Shown here piece after piece: positions 36,857-46,742 of a stretch of 64,000 nucleotides of DNA. The position numbers and the translations under genes were made by a program. The notes under the pieces are model-generated. The model was given only the letters and a program-made list of their open reading frames with translations. It was not told the DNA's origin and ran no database searches. The DNA lies in contig JBIQJM010000001.1 in assembly GCA_044507525.1 (NCBI GenBank), forward strand, positions 18,463 to 82,462, read 5' to 3'. How positions within the stretch are numbered: the first letter of the stretch is position 1; each line of letters begins with the position of its first letter. Source of the stretch: Burkholderiales bacterium. GTDB lineage: Bacteria; Pseudomonadota; Gammaproteobacteria; Burkholderiales; Burkholderiaceae_E.

Positions 36857-37552
36857 CTACACGGCCAGCAGTTGCCGAACGCCGTCGGCCGTCATCTCGG
36901 CGCCCCGTCCCGATCGCACGATCTCGCCGCGCTGGAGCACGTAGTAGCGATCCGCGAGCGACTGCGCGAAATCGTAGTACTGCTCGACGAGCAGGATCGC
37001 CATCGAGCGCTGCGCGGCCAGCCCCGCGATCACCCGCTCGATGTCCTGGATGACGTTCGGCTGGATCCCCTCGGTCGGCTCGTCGAGGACGAGCAGGCGA
37101 GGCCGGGTGACCAGCGCACGCGCGATCGCGAGCTGCTGCTGCTGGCCCCCAGAGAGGTCGCCGCCGCGGCGCGCGACGAACTGGCGCAGGATCGGGAAGG
37201 TGTCGTAGACCCAGTCGGGAACGGTGCGCTCGCGATGGCCGGTCGCTGCCATCGCGATCCGCAGGTTCTCCTCGACCGTGAGCCGCGGAAAGATCTCGCG
37301 TCCCTGCGGCACGAAGGCGATGCCCCGGCGCGCACGCTGGTGGGGCTTCATCCGGCCGATGTCCTCGCCGTCGAATTCGATGCGCCCCGAACGCGCGGGC
37401 AGCAGTCCCATCAGGCACTTGAGCAGCGTCGTCTTGCCGACGCCGTTGCGGCCGAGCACGGTGGTCACCGCGCCCTCGGGCGCCTCGAGCGAGACGTCGC
37501 GCAGCGTATGGCTGCCGCCGTAGAACTGGTTCAGCTTCTCGATCCGCAGCAT
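36857..37552 (-). CDS. urtE: Urea ABC ATPase
   Basis: [39 protein letters not shown]. Confidence 0.93.
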   Translation of the reverse strand: MLRIEKLNQFYGGSHTLRDVSLEAPEGAVTTVLGRNGVGKTTLLKCLMGLLPARSGRIEFDGEDIGRMKPHQRARRGIAFVPQGREIFPRLTVEENLRIAMAATGHRERTVPDWVYDTFPILRQFVARRGGDLSGGQQQQLAIARALVTRPRLLVLDEPTEGIQPNVIQDIERVIAGLAAQRSMAILLVEQYYDFAQSLADRYYVLQRGEIVRSGRGAEMTADGVRQLLAV

Positions 37553-37581
37553 CGCTTCGATCCCGTGTCGGCAACCCGCCC

Positions 37582-38421
37582 TCAGCGTCCCAGGTAGACC
37601 TCGACGACACGCGGGTCGGCACGCACCGCGTCCATCGATCCTTCGGCGAGCACGCGGCCCTCGTGCAGCACGGTGACCGTGCGCGCGATGCGTGCGACGA
37701 ACTCCATGTCGTGCTCGACGACCACCACCGTATGGCGGCCGGCGAGCCGCAGGCAGAGCTCGGCGGTCTTCTCGGTCTCGGCATCCGTCATGCCGGCGAC
37801 CGGTTCGTCCAGCAGGACCACTCGCGGACGCTGCGCGAGCAGCATGCCGATCTCCAGCCACTGCTTCTGGCCGTGCGACAAGGTGCCGGCGACGCGGTCG
37901 ACCTCGCCTCGCAGGCTCGTCATCTCCAGGATCGATTCGATGCGCCCGAGCTGCTCCGAGTCGAGCCTCGCGCGCAGGCTCGCGATGCCGCGCTTGTCGC
38001 CGTCGAGCGCGAGCTCCATGTTCTCGAACACGCTCATCGTCTCGAACACGGTCGGCCGCTGGAACTTGCGACCGATTCCGGCCCGCACGATCTGCGACTC
38101 GGAAAGGCGCGCGAGGTCGATCGTCTGGCCGAGGAACAGCCGGCCGCTGTCGGGACGGATCTTGCCCGTGATCGCATCCATCATCGTGGTCTTGCCCGCC
38201 CCGTTGGGGCCGATGATGCAGCGCAGTTCCCCGTCGTCGAGCGTGAGCGAGAGCGCGTCCAGCGCCTTGAAGCCGTCGAAGCGGACCGTCACGTCCTCGA
38301 CGTAGAGGATCGGCCCGTGCGAGGTGTCGACGCCGGCGCCGACGGGACGTCCGAAGGCCGCGTCGCGCCCGCCGTGCCCGGCGCCCGCGGCGAACATGGT
38401 CGCGATGTCCGGGCCGCTCAC
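37582..38421 (-). CDS. urtD: Urea ABC ATPase
   Basis: FDGFKAL, GPNGAGKTT, GIGRKFQ, LSHGQKQWLEIGM. Confidence 0.93.
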   Translation of the reverse strand: MSGPDIATMFAAGAGHGGRDAAFGRPVGAGVDTSHGPILYVEDVTVRFDGFKALDALSLTLDDGELRCIIGPNGAGKTTMMDAITGKIRPDSGRLFLGQTIDLARLSESQIVRAGIGRKFQRPTVFETMSVFENMELALDGDKRGIASLRARLDSEQLGRIESILEMTSLRGEVDRVAGTLSHGQKQWLEIGMLLAQRPRVVLLDEPVAGMTDAETEKTAELCLRLAGRHTVVVVEHDMEFVARIARTVTVLHEGRVLAEGSMDAVRADPRVVEVYLGR

Positions 38422-39506
38422 GACACGCTCCTGCGACGGAACACGCCGACCACGCCGGTCGGCAGGAACAGCGTCACCAGCACGAAGAGCAGCCCCAGGA
38501 AGTACAGCCAGTAGTCCGGGAAGCTCATCGTGAACCAGCTCTTCGCGCCGTTGACGAGCACGGCACCGACGATGGGGCCGATCAGCGTGCCGCGCCCGCC
38601 GACGGCGGTCCAGATGGCGATCTCGATCGAGTTGGCCGGCGACATCTCGCTCGGGTTGATGATGCCCACCTGGGGCACGTAGAGCGCACCGGCGACGCCG
38701 CTGATCACCGCCGCGAGCGTCCAGACGCCGAGCTTGTAGCCGAGCGTGTCGTAGCCGCAGAAGCGGGCGCGCGGCTCGGCGTCGCGGATCGCCTGCAGCA
38801 CGCGACCGTACTTGCTCGTGACCAGCCAGCGCGCGAGCAGCAAGGTCGCGAGCAGTGCGCATGCCGTCGTCGCGAGGACCGCCGCGCGCGTGGCGGGCTC
38901 GGTCAGCCGATGACCGAGCAGGGTCTTGAAGTCGGTGAATCCGTTGTTGCCGCCGAAGCCGGTCTCGTTGCGGAAGAACAGCAGCATGAAGGCGAAGGTC
39001 ATCGCCTGCGTGATGATCGAGAAGTAGACGCCCTTGATGCGCGAACGGAACGCGAAGTAGCCGAACACGAAGGCGAGCAGTCCGGGCACCGCGACCACCA
39101 GCAGCAGGCTCCAGAGGAAGCTGTCGCTGTTCCACCAGTGCAGCGGCAGCTCCTTCCAGTCGAGGAAGACCATGAAGTCGGGCAGCTCGCTTTGGTACTG
39201 GCCCTCGCGGCCGATCCCGCGCATCAGGTGCATGCCGAACGCATAGCCGCCGAGCGCGAAGAAGAGCGACTGGCCGAGGCTCAGGATGCCCGTGTATCCC
39301 CAGATCAGGTCCATCGCGACGGCGACCATCGCATAGCACATGAACTTGCCGGCGAGCGTGAGCGCGTAGCTCGACGGGCGCAGCGGGGCGCCCTCGGGCA
39401 GCACGGCGTGCAGCAGCGGCACCGCGACGCCGACGGCGGCGAAGGCGGCGAGCAGCAGCGTCCATTGCAGCGGGCTCAGCAGCGAGCGGCGGGGAGCGAC
39501 GAGCAT
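38418..39506 (-). CDS. urtC: Urea ABC permease
   Basis: DLIWGYTGILSLG, LPDFMVFL, RSRIKGVYFSIITQA, GGNNG. Confidence 0.93.
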   Translation of the reverse strand: MLVAPRRSLLSPLQWTLLLAAFAAVGVAVPLLHAVLPEGAPLRPSSYALTLAGKFMCYAMVAVAMDLIWGYTGILSLGQSLFFALGGYAFGMHLMRGIGREGQYQSELPDFMVFLDWKELPLHWWNSDSFLWSLLLVVAVPGLLAFVFGYFAFRSRIKGVYFSIITQAMTFAFMLLFFRNETGFGGNNGFTDFKTLLGHRLTEPATRAAVLATTACALLATLLLARWLVTSKYGRVLQAIRDAEPRARFCGYDTLGYKLGVWTLAAVISGVAGALYVPQVGIINPSEMSPANSIEIAIWTAVGGRGTLIGPIVGAVLVNGAKSWFTMSFPDYWLYFLGLLFVLVTLFLPTGVVGVFRRRSVS

Positions 39507-39535
39507 GTCGGTTCTCGATCGGCCGGTTCCCGGGT

Positions 39536-41158
39536 TCAGGTCTCGACCATCCGGCCCTTCAGCGCGAACAGGCCGCCGGGCCGCTTCTGGATGAAGGCGA
39601 CGACGAACGCGAGGATCAGGATCTTCGCGATCACCGCGCCGAGCCACGGCTCGATCAGCTTGTTCAGCACGCCGAGCCCGAAACCGGCGACCACCGTGCC
39701 GACGAGCTGCCCTACGCCGCCGAGCACCACGACGATGAAGGAGTCGATGATCCACGCCTGCCCGAGTTCGGGGCCGACGTTGCCGACCTGCGACAGCGCC
39801 ACGCCGGCCAGCCCCGCGATGCCCGAACCGAGTCCGAAGGCCATCATGTCGACGCGGCCGGTGGGGACGCCGACCGCGGAAGCCATCGCGCGGTTCTGCG
39901 TGACGCCGCGCACGAACAGGCCCAGCCGCGTGCGCTGCAGCAGCGCGACGACGGCGGCGAGCACGAGCAGCGAGAACACGATGATCGCGATCCTGTTCCA
40001 GGGAAGCACGACGCCGGCCAGCGACAGGCCGCCCGAGAGCCAGGACGGATTCTCGATCTCGACGTTCTGCGGACCGAACAGCTGGCGCACCGCCTGGATC
40101 AGGATCAGGCTGACGCCCCATGTCGCGAGCAGCGTCTCCAGCGGACGACCGTACAGCCAGCGGATCACCGTACGCTCGATCGCGATGCCGACGAGTGCCG
40201 CGGAAAGGAAGGCGACCGGCAGCGCCGCGATCGGATACCAGCCGAAGGCCCCGGGGAACGCGACGCGGAACAGGCCCTGCGTCAGGTACGCCGCGTAGGC
40301 ACCGATCATGATCATCTCGCCGTGCGCCATGTTGATGACGCCGAGCAGGCCGAAGGTCACCGCGAGCCCCATCGCGGCGAGCATCAGGATGCTGCCGAGC
40401 GACAGGCCGGCGAAGATGCGACCGAACCACTCCGCACGCTCGAGCCTGCGCTCGACCGACGCGAGCGACGCGCGCGCCGCGTCGCGCACCGCGCCGTCGG
40501 GCTCGACGAAGCTGCCGTCGGCCTTCGTGCGAAGCAGCGACGCCAGCAGCGCCGGCGTCGACGGCAGCGTGCTCTCGCCGAGCCGCTGCGCCGCCTGCAG
40601 CCGCTCGGACGGGTCCTGCGAGCGGATCTGCATCGCGGCCATCGTCATGCGCAGCACGGCGAGCACTTCCGCGTCGCGCTCGCGTCCGGCAGCCTCCTCG
40701 AGCGCGGGCAGGAGCTTCTCGTCCGTGCTGTCCTGCAGCTCTCGCGCGGCGTGCAGGCGCAGGTCGCGCTCGGGCGACTGCAGCCGCAGCCCCGCGACCG
40801 CGGTCGCGATGCGTGCGCGCAGCCGGTTGTTGAGCGTCACCGTCGCGGCTTCGCTCGACGAAGGAAGCGTCGACGGCTTGCCGGTGAGCGCGTCGAGCGG
40901 GCGGCCGTCGCCCGCGTCGATCCATCCGCGGCCGTCGGCGTCGACGAGCAGCTGTCCGTCGAGCAGCGCGCGCAGCACCGGCACGGCGCGCGCCGACGGC
41001 GCCGCGACGATCGCATCGATCGCAGCCGCCTTCTCGCCGAAGTCATCGGAGGCGAGCTGCTTCAGCGACGCTTCGTCGACGGCGCGCGCGTGGGTCGCCG
41101 CCAGCAGGCAGGCGAAGACCAGCAGGCAGGCAGGCAACAACGAACGCATCATGCGCAT
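39536..41158 (-). CDS. urtB: Urea ABC permease with N-terminal periplasmic helical domain
   Basis: NNRLR, GVINMAHGE, LYGRPLETLLATWG, FIQKRP. Confidence 0.92.
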   Translation of the reverse strand: MRMMRSLLPACLLVFACLLAATHARAVDEASLKQLASDDFGEKAAAIDAIVAAPSARAVPVLRALLDGQLLVDADGRGWIDAGDGRPLDALTGKPSTLPSSSEAATVTLNNRLRARIATAVAGLRLQSPERDLRLHAARELQDSTDEKLLPALEEAAGRERDAEVLAVLRMTMAAMQIRSQDPSERLQAAQRLGESTLPSTPALLASLLRTKADGSFVEPDGAVRDAARASLASVERRLERAEWFGRIFAGLSLGSILMLAAMGLAVTFGLLGVINMAHGEMIMIGAYAAYLTQGLFRVAFPGAFGWYPIAALPVAFLSAALVGIAIERTVIRWLYGRPLETLLATWGVSLILIQAVRQLFGPQNVEIENPSWLSGGLSLAGVVLPWNRIAIIVFSLLVLAAVVALLQRTRLGLFVRGVTQNRAMASAVGVPTGRVDMMAFGLGSGIAGLAGVALSQVGNVGPELGQAWIIDSFIVVVLGGVGQLVGTVVAGFGLGVLNKLIEPWLGAVIAKILILAFVVAFIQKRPGGLFALKGRMVET

Positions 41159-41192
41159 CGCGGGCACCGCAGGAACGCGACCGGATCGACGC

Positions 41193-42455
41193 TCAGACGT
41201 TCTGCCTGCCCTCGTTGCCGGCGATGAACGGCGACCACGGCTGCGCACGGATCGGCGCCTTCGTCCGGTAGACCACCGAGAACTGGCCGTTCGCCTGGAC
41301 CTCGCCGATCATCACCGGCTTGTGCAGGTGATGGTTCGTCTCGTCCATCTTCAGCGTGAAGCCGCTGGGTGCGCGGAAGCTCTGGCCGTAGACGGCGGGG
41401 CGCACCTTGTCGACCTCGATCGACTTCGCCTTCTCCACTGCCTGCTTCCACAGGTGGATGCCGACCCAGGTCGCTTCCATCGGGTCGTTGGTGACGGCGG
41501 ACGCCGCATCGGGCACGTTGTTCTTCGCGGCCCACGCCCTGTACATCGCGATGAACTTCTCGTTCTCGGGGTTCTTCACCGACATGAAGTAGTTCCACGC
41601 CGCGAGGTGCCCGACCAGCGGCTTCGTGTCGACGCCGCGCAACTCCTCCTCGCCGACCGAGAACGCGACCACCGGCACGTCGGTCGCCTTCAGGCCCTGG
41701 TTGCCGAGCTCCTTGTAGAACGGCACGTTGGAATCGCCGTTGATCGTCGACACGACCGCCGTACGAGCGCCCGCCGAGAACTTCCGGATGTCGGCGACGA
41801 TCGTCTGGTAGTCGGCGTGACCGAAGGGCGTGTAGCGCTCGTCGATGTCCTCGCTCTTCACGCCCTTCGACACGAGGAAGGCGCGCAGGATCTTGTTCGT
41901 CGTGCGCGGATAGACGTAGTCGGTGCCGAGCAGCACCCAGCGTTTGGCCGCCCCGCCGTCCTCGCCCATCAGGTACTCGACGGCGGGAATCGCCTGCTGG
42001 TTCGGTGCGGCGCCCGTATAGAAGACGTTCTTCGACAACTCCTCGCCTTCGTACTGCACGGGATAGAACAGCAGGCCGTTCAACTCCTCGAAGACGGGCA
42101 GCACCGACTTGCGCGAAACCGAGGTCCAGCAGCCGAAGGTGACGGCGACCCGGTCGTGCGAGATCAGCTGGCGCGCCTTCTCGGCGAACAGCGGCCAGTT
42201 CGACGCCGGGTCGACGACGACCGCCTCGAGCGGACGACCCATCACCCCGCCGGTCGCGTTGATCTGCTCGATCGCCATCAGCACCGTGTTCTTCAGCGCG
42301 GTCTCGGAGATCGCCATCGTCCCGGACAACGAGTGCAGCACGCCCACCTTGATCGGCGAGCGGTCCTGCGCGAAGAGCAGGTTGGAGGCGCTCAGCCCCG
42401 GCAGGGCAAGCGCCGCACCGGCAGCGGCTTTCAGGATGTCACGGCGTTGCGTCAT
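41193..42455 (-). CDS. urtA: Urea ABC substrate-binding protein (Tat signal)
   Basis: QRRDILK; HSLSGTMAISE, FGCWTSVSRK, YPVQYEGEE, GTDYVYPR. Confidence 0.95.
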   Translation of the reverse strand: MTQRRDILKAAAGAALALPGLSASNLLFAQDRSPIKVGVLHSLSGTMAISETALKNTVLMAIEQINATGGVMGRPLEAVVVDPASNWPLFAEKARQLISHDRVAVTFGCWTSVSRKSVLPVFEELNGLLFYPVQYEGEELSKNVFYTGAAPNQQAIPAVEYLMGEDGGAAKRWVLLGTDYVYPRTTNKILRAFLVSKGVKSEDIDERYTPFGHADYQTIVADIRKFSAGARTAVVSTINGDSNVPFYKELGNQGLKATDVPVVAFSVGEEELRGVDTKPLVGHLAAWNYFMSVKNPENEKFIAMYRAWAAKNNVPDAASAVTNDPMEATWVGIHLWKQAVEKAKSIEVDKVRPAVYGQSFRAPSGFTLKMDETNHHLHKPVMIGEVQANGQFSVVYRTKAPIRAQPWSPFIAGNEGRQNV

Positions 42456-42522
42456 GGTTGCCTCGATGGAGTTGCACGCGTTGGAAGGTTCGACGCGGTC
42501 GATCGCGTCACCACCCTCTTTC

Positions 42523-42537
42523 GCAACAACCATGCCA
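42523..42537 (-). promoter_or_regulatory. sigma54 -24/-12 promoter for urtA
   Basis: TGGCATGGTTGTTGC matches TGGCAC-N5-TTGC; GCAC-N7-GTGC NtrC-like palindrome at 42558-42572. Confidence 0.75.
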
Positions 42538-42606
42538 ACGAGATTTGCGCCGCAGACGCACCGGCGCAGTGCCGAACGAAGCCTCGGAAGCCGCGCGTGC
42601 TCCGAA

Positions 42607-42909
42607 TCAGGGAATGGGATCGTGCACGGTTACCAACTTGGTGCCGTCCGGGAAGGTCGCCTCGACCTGGATCTCCGGGATCATCTCGGGCACTCCCTCC
42701 ATGACGTCGTCGCGACCGAGCAGCGTCGTTCCGTAGTGCATGAGGTCGGCGACGCTGCGCCCGTCGCGCGCGCCCTCGAGCACGGCTGCCGTGATGTAGG
42801 CGACGGCTTCGGGATGATTGAGCTTCAATCCGCGCGCGCGCCGCCGCTCGGCGACCAGGCCCGCGGTGAAGATCAGCAGCTTGTCTTTCTCTCTCGGTGA
42901 CAGGTCCAT
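42607..42909 (-). CDS. ureA: Urease subunit gamma
   Basis: [37 protein letters not shown]. Confidence 0.97.
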   Translation of the reverse strand: MDLSPREKDKLLIFTAGLVAERRRARGLKLNHPEAVAYITAAVLEGARDGRSVADLMHYGTTLLGRDDVMEGVPEMIPEIQVEATFPDGTKLVTVHDPIP

Positions 42910-42992
42910 CGTTCGCTCCAGGGTGGTCGGCGGCGGCGCCGGGTCGTCCTCGGGTCTCTCGAACCCGGTCGCCGAGCCCGGCTCGCCCGGAT

Positions 42993-43988
42993 TCAGGTGG
43001 CCCAGATGCGCGGTGCGTGCGCTTCGGTTCCCGTGAACGCGCGTCGCGCCGCGGCCCGCAGCGCGCGCGCCGCCTGCATCGCGTCCTCGGGCTCGTCGGC
43101 GAGCAGGCGTGCAAGCAGCAGCCGCGGCTCCAGGCGCGTCGCCGCCGCGTCGAGTGCCGGCGTGCGACTCTCGAAGCCGTGCAGGATCGCGCGCCATTCT
43201 TCGAGCAGCGCAGGCGGGTCGACGCCCACCGCGAGCACGGTCGCCGCAACGCAACGGCCGCGCCAGCCGAGCGGAGAGTCGAACAGGCGCGCGCCCGCGT
43301 CCGCCACCGTTCGCTCCGACCACGCGAGTCGGCCGCCGATGCGCAACGACAGCGACTGGCGCAGGCTGCCGCGACGAAAGCGTTCGCCCATCGCGCGTCT
43401 GCCGAGCACGAGGCACTCCCACGCGATCAGGCAGGCGTCGCCGGCGAGATCGAAGACGACTTCCTGCTCGGCGTGCGCGCCGTCGTAGACGATCGCCGGC
43501 TGCGGCAGCCATTCGAGCATCGCTTGCGCTCCGACCTGCAGCACCGTCGTCACGCGTGAACCTGCGCCGGGGCTGCGTGCGCTGTCTCCCTGCTCACTGT
43601 CTCCCTGCTCGCTGGCGCTTCGCTCGCCCGCACGCGAGTGCGCGGCAGCACGCCGGTACCACTTCTGCGCACCGGGTGTCGTGCACAGCACGTGCGCCGA
43701 TGCTCCGACGCGCACGTCGATGTCGAGCGTATCGCCGTCCACCAGCCCGCCCGGAGGGTGGACCAGCACGGCCTCGCAGCTGCCGTCGGCGACGGGCAGC
43801 GCCCGGATCAAGCGCAGCGGCCCGGCGTGGCGGTTGCAGACGAGCCGCGTCGCGCGCTCGCGTCGCTCGAAGACGAGCTCCAGGCGGGCGGGCCAGGTGC
43901 CTGGTTGCGATGCGGACGATTCGAGTGGCAAGGCGCAGGCAGGTGCGATGGGCTCGGGGCCGAATCTAGCGCAATACGGCCGCGCCAT
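42993..43988 (-). CDS. ureD: Urease accessory protein; start uncertain (43931-44000)
   Basis: [39 protein letters not shown]. Confidence 0.9.
   Translation of the reverse strand: MARPYCARFGPEPIAPACALPLESSASQPGTWPARLELVFERRERATRLVCNRHAGPLRLIRALPVADGSCEAVLVHPPGGLVDGDTLDIDVRVGASAHVLCTTPGAQKWYRRAAAHSRAGERSASEQGDSEQGDSARSPGAGSRVTTVLQVGAQAMLEWLPQPAIVYDGAHAEQEVVFDLAGDACLIAWECLVLGRRAMGERFRRGSLRQSLSLRIGGRLAWSERTVADAGARLFDSPLGWRGRCVAATVLAVGVDPPALLEEWRAILHGFESRTPALDAAATRLEPRLLLARLLADEPEDAMQAARALRAAARRAFTGTEAHAPRIWAT
43582..43611. repeat. 15-bp tandem duplication in ureD (SEQGD x2)
   Basis: CTGTCTCCCTGCTCA CTGTCTCCCTGCTCG. Confidence 0.85.
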
Positions 43989-44416
43989 GCGGCTTCGCAT
44001 TCGAAAAGGCGAAAGCGTTTCGCTCGAGTCGGGCGTCGAGGTCCGGGCTTGCCCCCTTTCCGCGGACGAGTCGAAGTCGCGTCGTCACGCCGACAGGACG
44101 TGATGCACGGCAGGCTCGTCCACCGGCGGCGTGGCGCAAGCCACGCAGACGCCGCTGTTGGGCACGTCGTGTTCGACGCGATGACCGTGACGTCACCTGC
44201 GCCGCAAGAACTCCCGTTATCCGGGATATCGCGCGTGCAGCGAAGCGGGCGTGCGCGAAAACACCCGAAAAGCGGGCGCTGTCGCCCACGCAACCAACGA
44301 CCCACGGCGAAGGTGCCGACGATCGGCACTTCCGGAGTTCCGAGATGTCGGTGGACGCCTCGGCGGGGCGACGGGACCGACGCAGCGACTCGAACGCCTC
44401 GCGGGCGAAATGAGCA

Positions 44417-44449
44417 ACACGAGACCCGATCCAGGCACACGAGACCCGA
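44417..44449 (+). repeat. 13-bp direct repeat, 20-bp period, upstream of thiS
   Basis: ACACGAGACCCGA at 44417-44429 and 44437-44449. Confidence 0.8.
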
Positions 44450-44474
44450 CGCGCGCGCGTGAGACAATCGAGGC

Positions 44475-44678
44475 ATGCAAACGATCGTCGTCAACGGAGA
44501 CCCGCGCCCCTTGCCCGCCCCGGCAACCGTGTCGGCCCTGCTCGGCGAGCTCGGCCTCGCCGGCCGCCGCATCGCCATCGAACGCAACGGCGAGATCATC
44601 CCGCGCAGCCGGCACGAGCACGAGCTCCTGCAGGCCGGCGACCGCGTCGAGATCGTCGTCGCCGTCGGCGGCGGCTGA
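44475..44678 (+). CDS. thiS: Sulfur carrier protein
   Basis: IVVNG, AIERNGEIIPRS, C-terminal VGGG. Confidence 0.95.
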   Translation: MQTIVVNGDPRPLPAPATVSALLGELGLAGRRIAIERNGEIIPRSRHEHELLQAGDRVEIVVAVGGG

Positions 44679-44705
44679 ATGCGCCCGCACCGAGCGGAGG
44701 AACGA

Positions 44706-45164
44706 TTGGCCAACGAGCACCTCTTCGAAGGCAGCCTGCACTGGGACGGCCAGCCGCGGGATCGCGCCTGGGACTATCCCGGCCTGCACCGCGGCACGCG
44801 CATCGAATTCGACGGCGGCGCGTCGATCACTGCGTCGGCCCCTTCGGTGTTCCACGGCGACGACCGGCAGCCGAACCCCGAGACGCTGATGATGGCGTCG
44901 CTGATGCAATGCCACTTCCTCACGTTCATGGCGGTGGCGATCAAGGCGGGCGTGCGCGTCACCGGCTATTCCGACCGCGCGAGCGGCCGTCTCGGCATGA
45001 AGGACGGGAAGATGCGCTTCGTCGAGGTCGTCCTGCATCCGCAGGTCACGCTCGCCGAGCCGCTCGATGCCGCCGCGCTCGGCGCACTGCACGACAAGGC
45101 GCATCGCAACTGCTTCATGTCGAACTCGGTCAACTTCGAGGTGCGCGTCGAGCCGGCAGGCTGA
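44706..45164 (+). CDS. OsmC/Ohr-family protein
   Basis: TTG after GGAGG; FHGD..QPNPETL..ASL..CHFLTF and [11 protein letters not shown] (two Cys). Confidence 0.85.
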   Translation: MANEHLFEGSLHWDGQPRDRAWDYPGLHRGTRIEFDGGASITASAPSVFHGDDRQPNPETLMMASLMQCHFLTFMAVAIKAGVRVTGYSDRASGRLGMKDGKMRFVEVVLHPQVTLAEPLDAAALGALHDKAHRNCFMSNSVNFEVRVEPAG

Positions 45165-45186
45165 ACGTGCCGGCGCGCGGCTCCCG

Positions 45187-46020
45187 ATGTCCGTCGATCC
45201 CATCCACAGCACCATGAACACCTCCGACCTGCTGACGATCGGCCGCCGCCGTTTCTCCTCGCGCCTGCTGATCGGCACCGGCAAGTATCGCGACTTCGAC
45301 CAGACTCGCGAGGCCGTCGAGGCGAGCGGCGCGCAGATCGTCACCGTCGCGATCCGGCGCACGAACATCGGGCAGAACGCCGGCGAGCCGAACCTGCTCG
45401 ACTTCCTCTCGCCCGAGCGCTTCACGATCCTGCCCAACACCGCCGGCTGCTACAGCGCCGACGACGCCGTGCGCACGCTGCGACTGGCGCGCGAGCTGCT
45501 CGACGACCACACGCTGGTCAAGCTCGAAGTGCTCGGCGATGCGCGTTCGCTCTATCCGAACATGCCCGAGACGCTGAAGGCGGCAGAGACGCTGGTGCGC
45601 GAAGGCTTCGAGGTGATGGTCTACACGAGCGACGACCCGATCCAGGCGAAGCGGCTCGAGGAGATCGGCTGCGTCGCCGTGATGCCGCTGGCCTCGCTGA
45701 TCGGCTCCGGCATGGGCATCCTGAATCCGTGGAACCTTCAGCTGATCCTCGAACAGGCGCAGGTGCCGGTCATCGTCGACGCCGGCGTCGGCACCGCGTC
45801 CGACGCGACGATCGCGATGGAGCTCGGCTGCGCGGGCGTGCTGATGAACACCGCCGTCGCCGCCGCGCGCGATCCGGTACGGATGGCCGGCGCGATGCGC
45901 AAGGCCGTCGAGGCCGGCCGCGATGCGTTCCTCGCCGGTCGCATGCCGAAGAAACCGTACTCGGCCGCGCCGTCGTCGCCGACGAGCGGGCTCATCGCAC
46001 CGGCCGCACCGCGTTCGTGA
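45187..46020 (+). CDS. thiG: Thiazole synthase
   Basis: [36 protein letters not shown]. Confidence 0.96.
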   Translation: MSVDPIHSTMNTSDLLTIGRRRFSSRLLIGTGKYRDFDQTREAVEASGAQIVTVAIRRTNIGQNAGEPNLLDFLSPERFTILPNTAGCYSADDAVRTLRLARELLDDHTLVKLEVLGDARSLYPNMPETLKAAETLVREGFEVMVYTSDDPIQAKRLEEIGCVAVMPLASLIGSGMGILNPWNLQLILEQAQVPVIVDAGVGTASDATIAMELGCAGVLMNTAVAAARDPVRMAGAMRKAVEAGRDAFLAGRMPKKPYSAAPSSPTSGLIAPAAPRS

Positions 46021-46742
46021 GCGCGACGACACCGGCGTCGCCGCACCCGCACATCCGCAGCTACTCGGGGCGACGCGGGCACTTCACCAGCGGCCAGCGC
46101 ATCGCGTACGAGACGCTGCGCGAACGTTGGTGCATTGCCTACGACCCGACGCGCGCACTGGACGCGCAGCGCTGCGAGGAGCTGTACGCGCGCCGGGCGC
46201 CGCTCGTCGTCGAGATCGGCTTCGGCATGGGCGACGCGACCGCCAGCATCGCGTCCGCGGAGCCGCAGCACGATTTCCTGGGCATCGAGGTCTATCCTGC
46301 CGGCGTCGGCGCGCTGCTGATGCGGATCGAGTCGCAGCAGCTGACGAACCTGCGGATCATCCAGCACGACGCGGTGGAAGTCCTTCGCGACATGGTCGCG
46401 CCCGACTCGCTCGCGCGCGTGCAGGTGTTCTTCCCCGATCCGTGGCCGAAGAAGCGGCACCACAAGCGCCGGCTGATCCAGCCGCCGTTCGTGGCGCTGC
46501 TGGCGAGCCGGCTGCGCCCCGGCGGCATCGTGCACTGCGCGACCGACTGGGAGCCGTACGCACAGCAGATGCTCGAGGTGCTGTCGGGCGAGCCCTTGCT
46601 CGAGAACACCGTCGCCGGCTTCGCGGCGCGGCCGGCATACCGGCCGCCGACACGCTTCGAGAATCGCGGCGCGCGACTCGGACACGAGATCCGCGATCTC
46701 GTGTTCCGACGCCCGGCCGCCGAAGCGACCGAAGCGGCTTAG
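46017..46742 (+). CDS. trmB: tRNA (guanine-N7)-methyltransferase
   Basis: [33 protein letters not shown]. Confidence 0.95.
   Translation: MSATTPASPHPHIRSYSGRRGHFTSGQRIAYETLRERWCIAYDPTRALDAQRCEELYARRAPLVVEIGFGMGDATASIASAEPQHDFLGIEVYPAGVGALLMRIESQQLTNLRIIQHDAVEVLRDMVAPDSLARVQVFFPDPWPKKRHHKRRLIQPPFVALLASRLRPGGIVHCATDWEPYAQQMLEVLSGEPLLENTVAGFAARPAYRPPTRFENRGARLGHEIRDLVFRRPAAEATEAA

Noticed and set aside
43971..43987. sigma54-like TGGCGCGGCCGTATTGC before ureD
   Set aside because: GG to GC spacing is 12, not the required 10
43989..44474. TPP, guanidine, NiCo or ANTAR RNA element
   Set aside because: Conserved cores (CUGAGA, paired ACGR loops, CUGAGCAGG, twin hexaloops) not found
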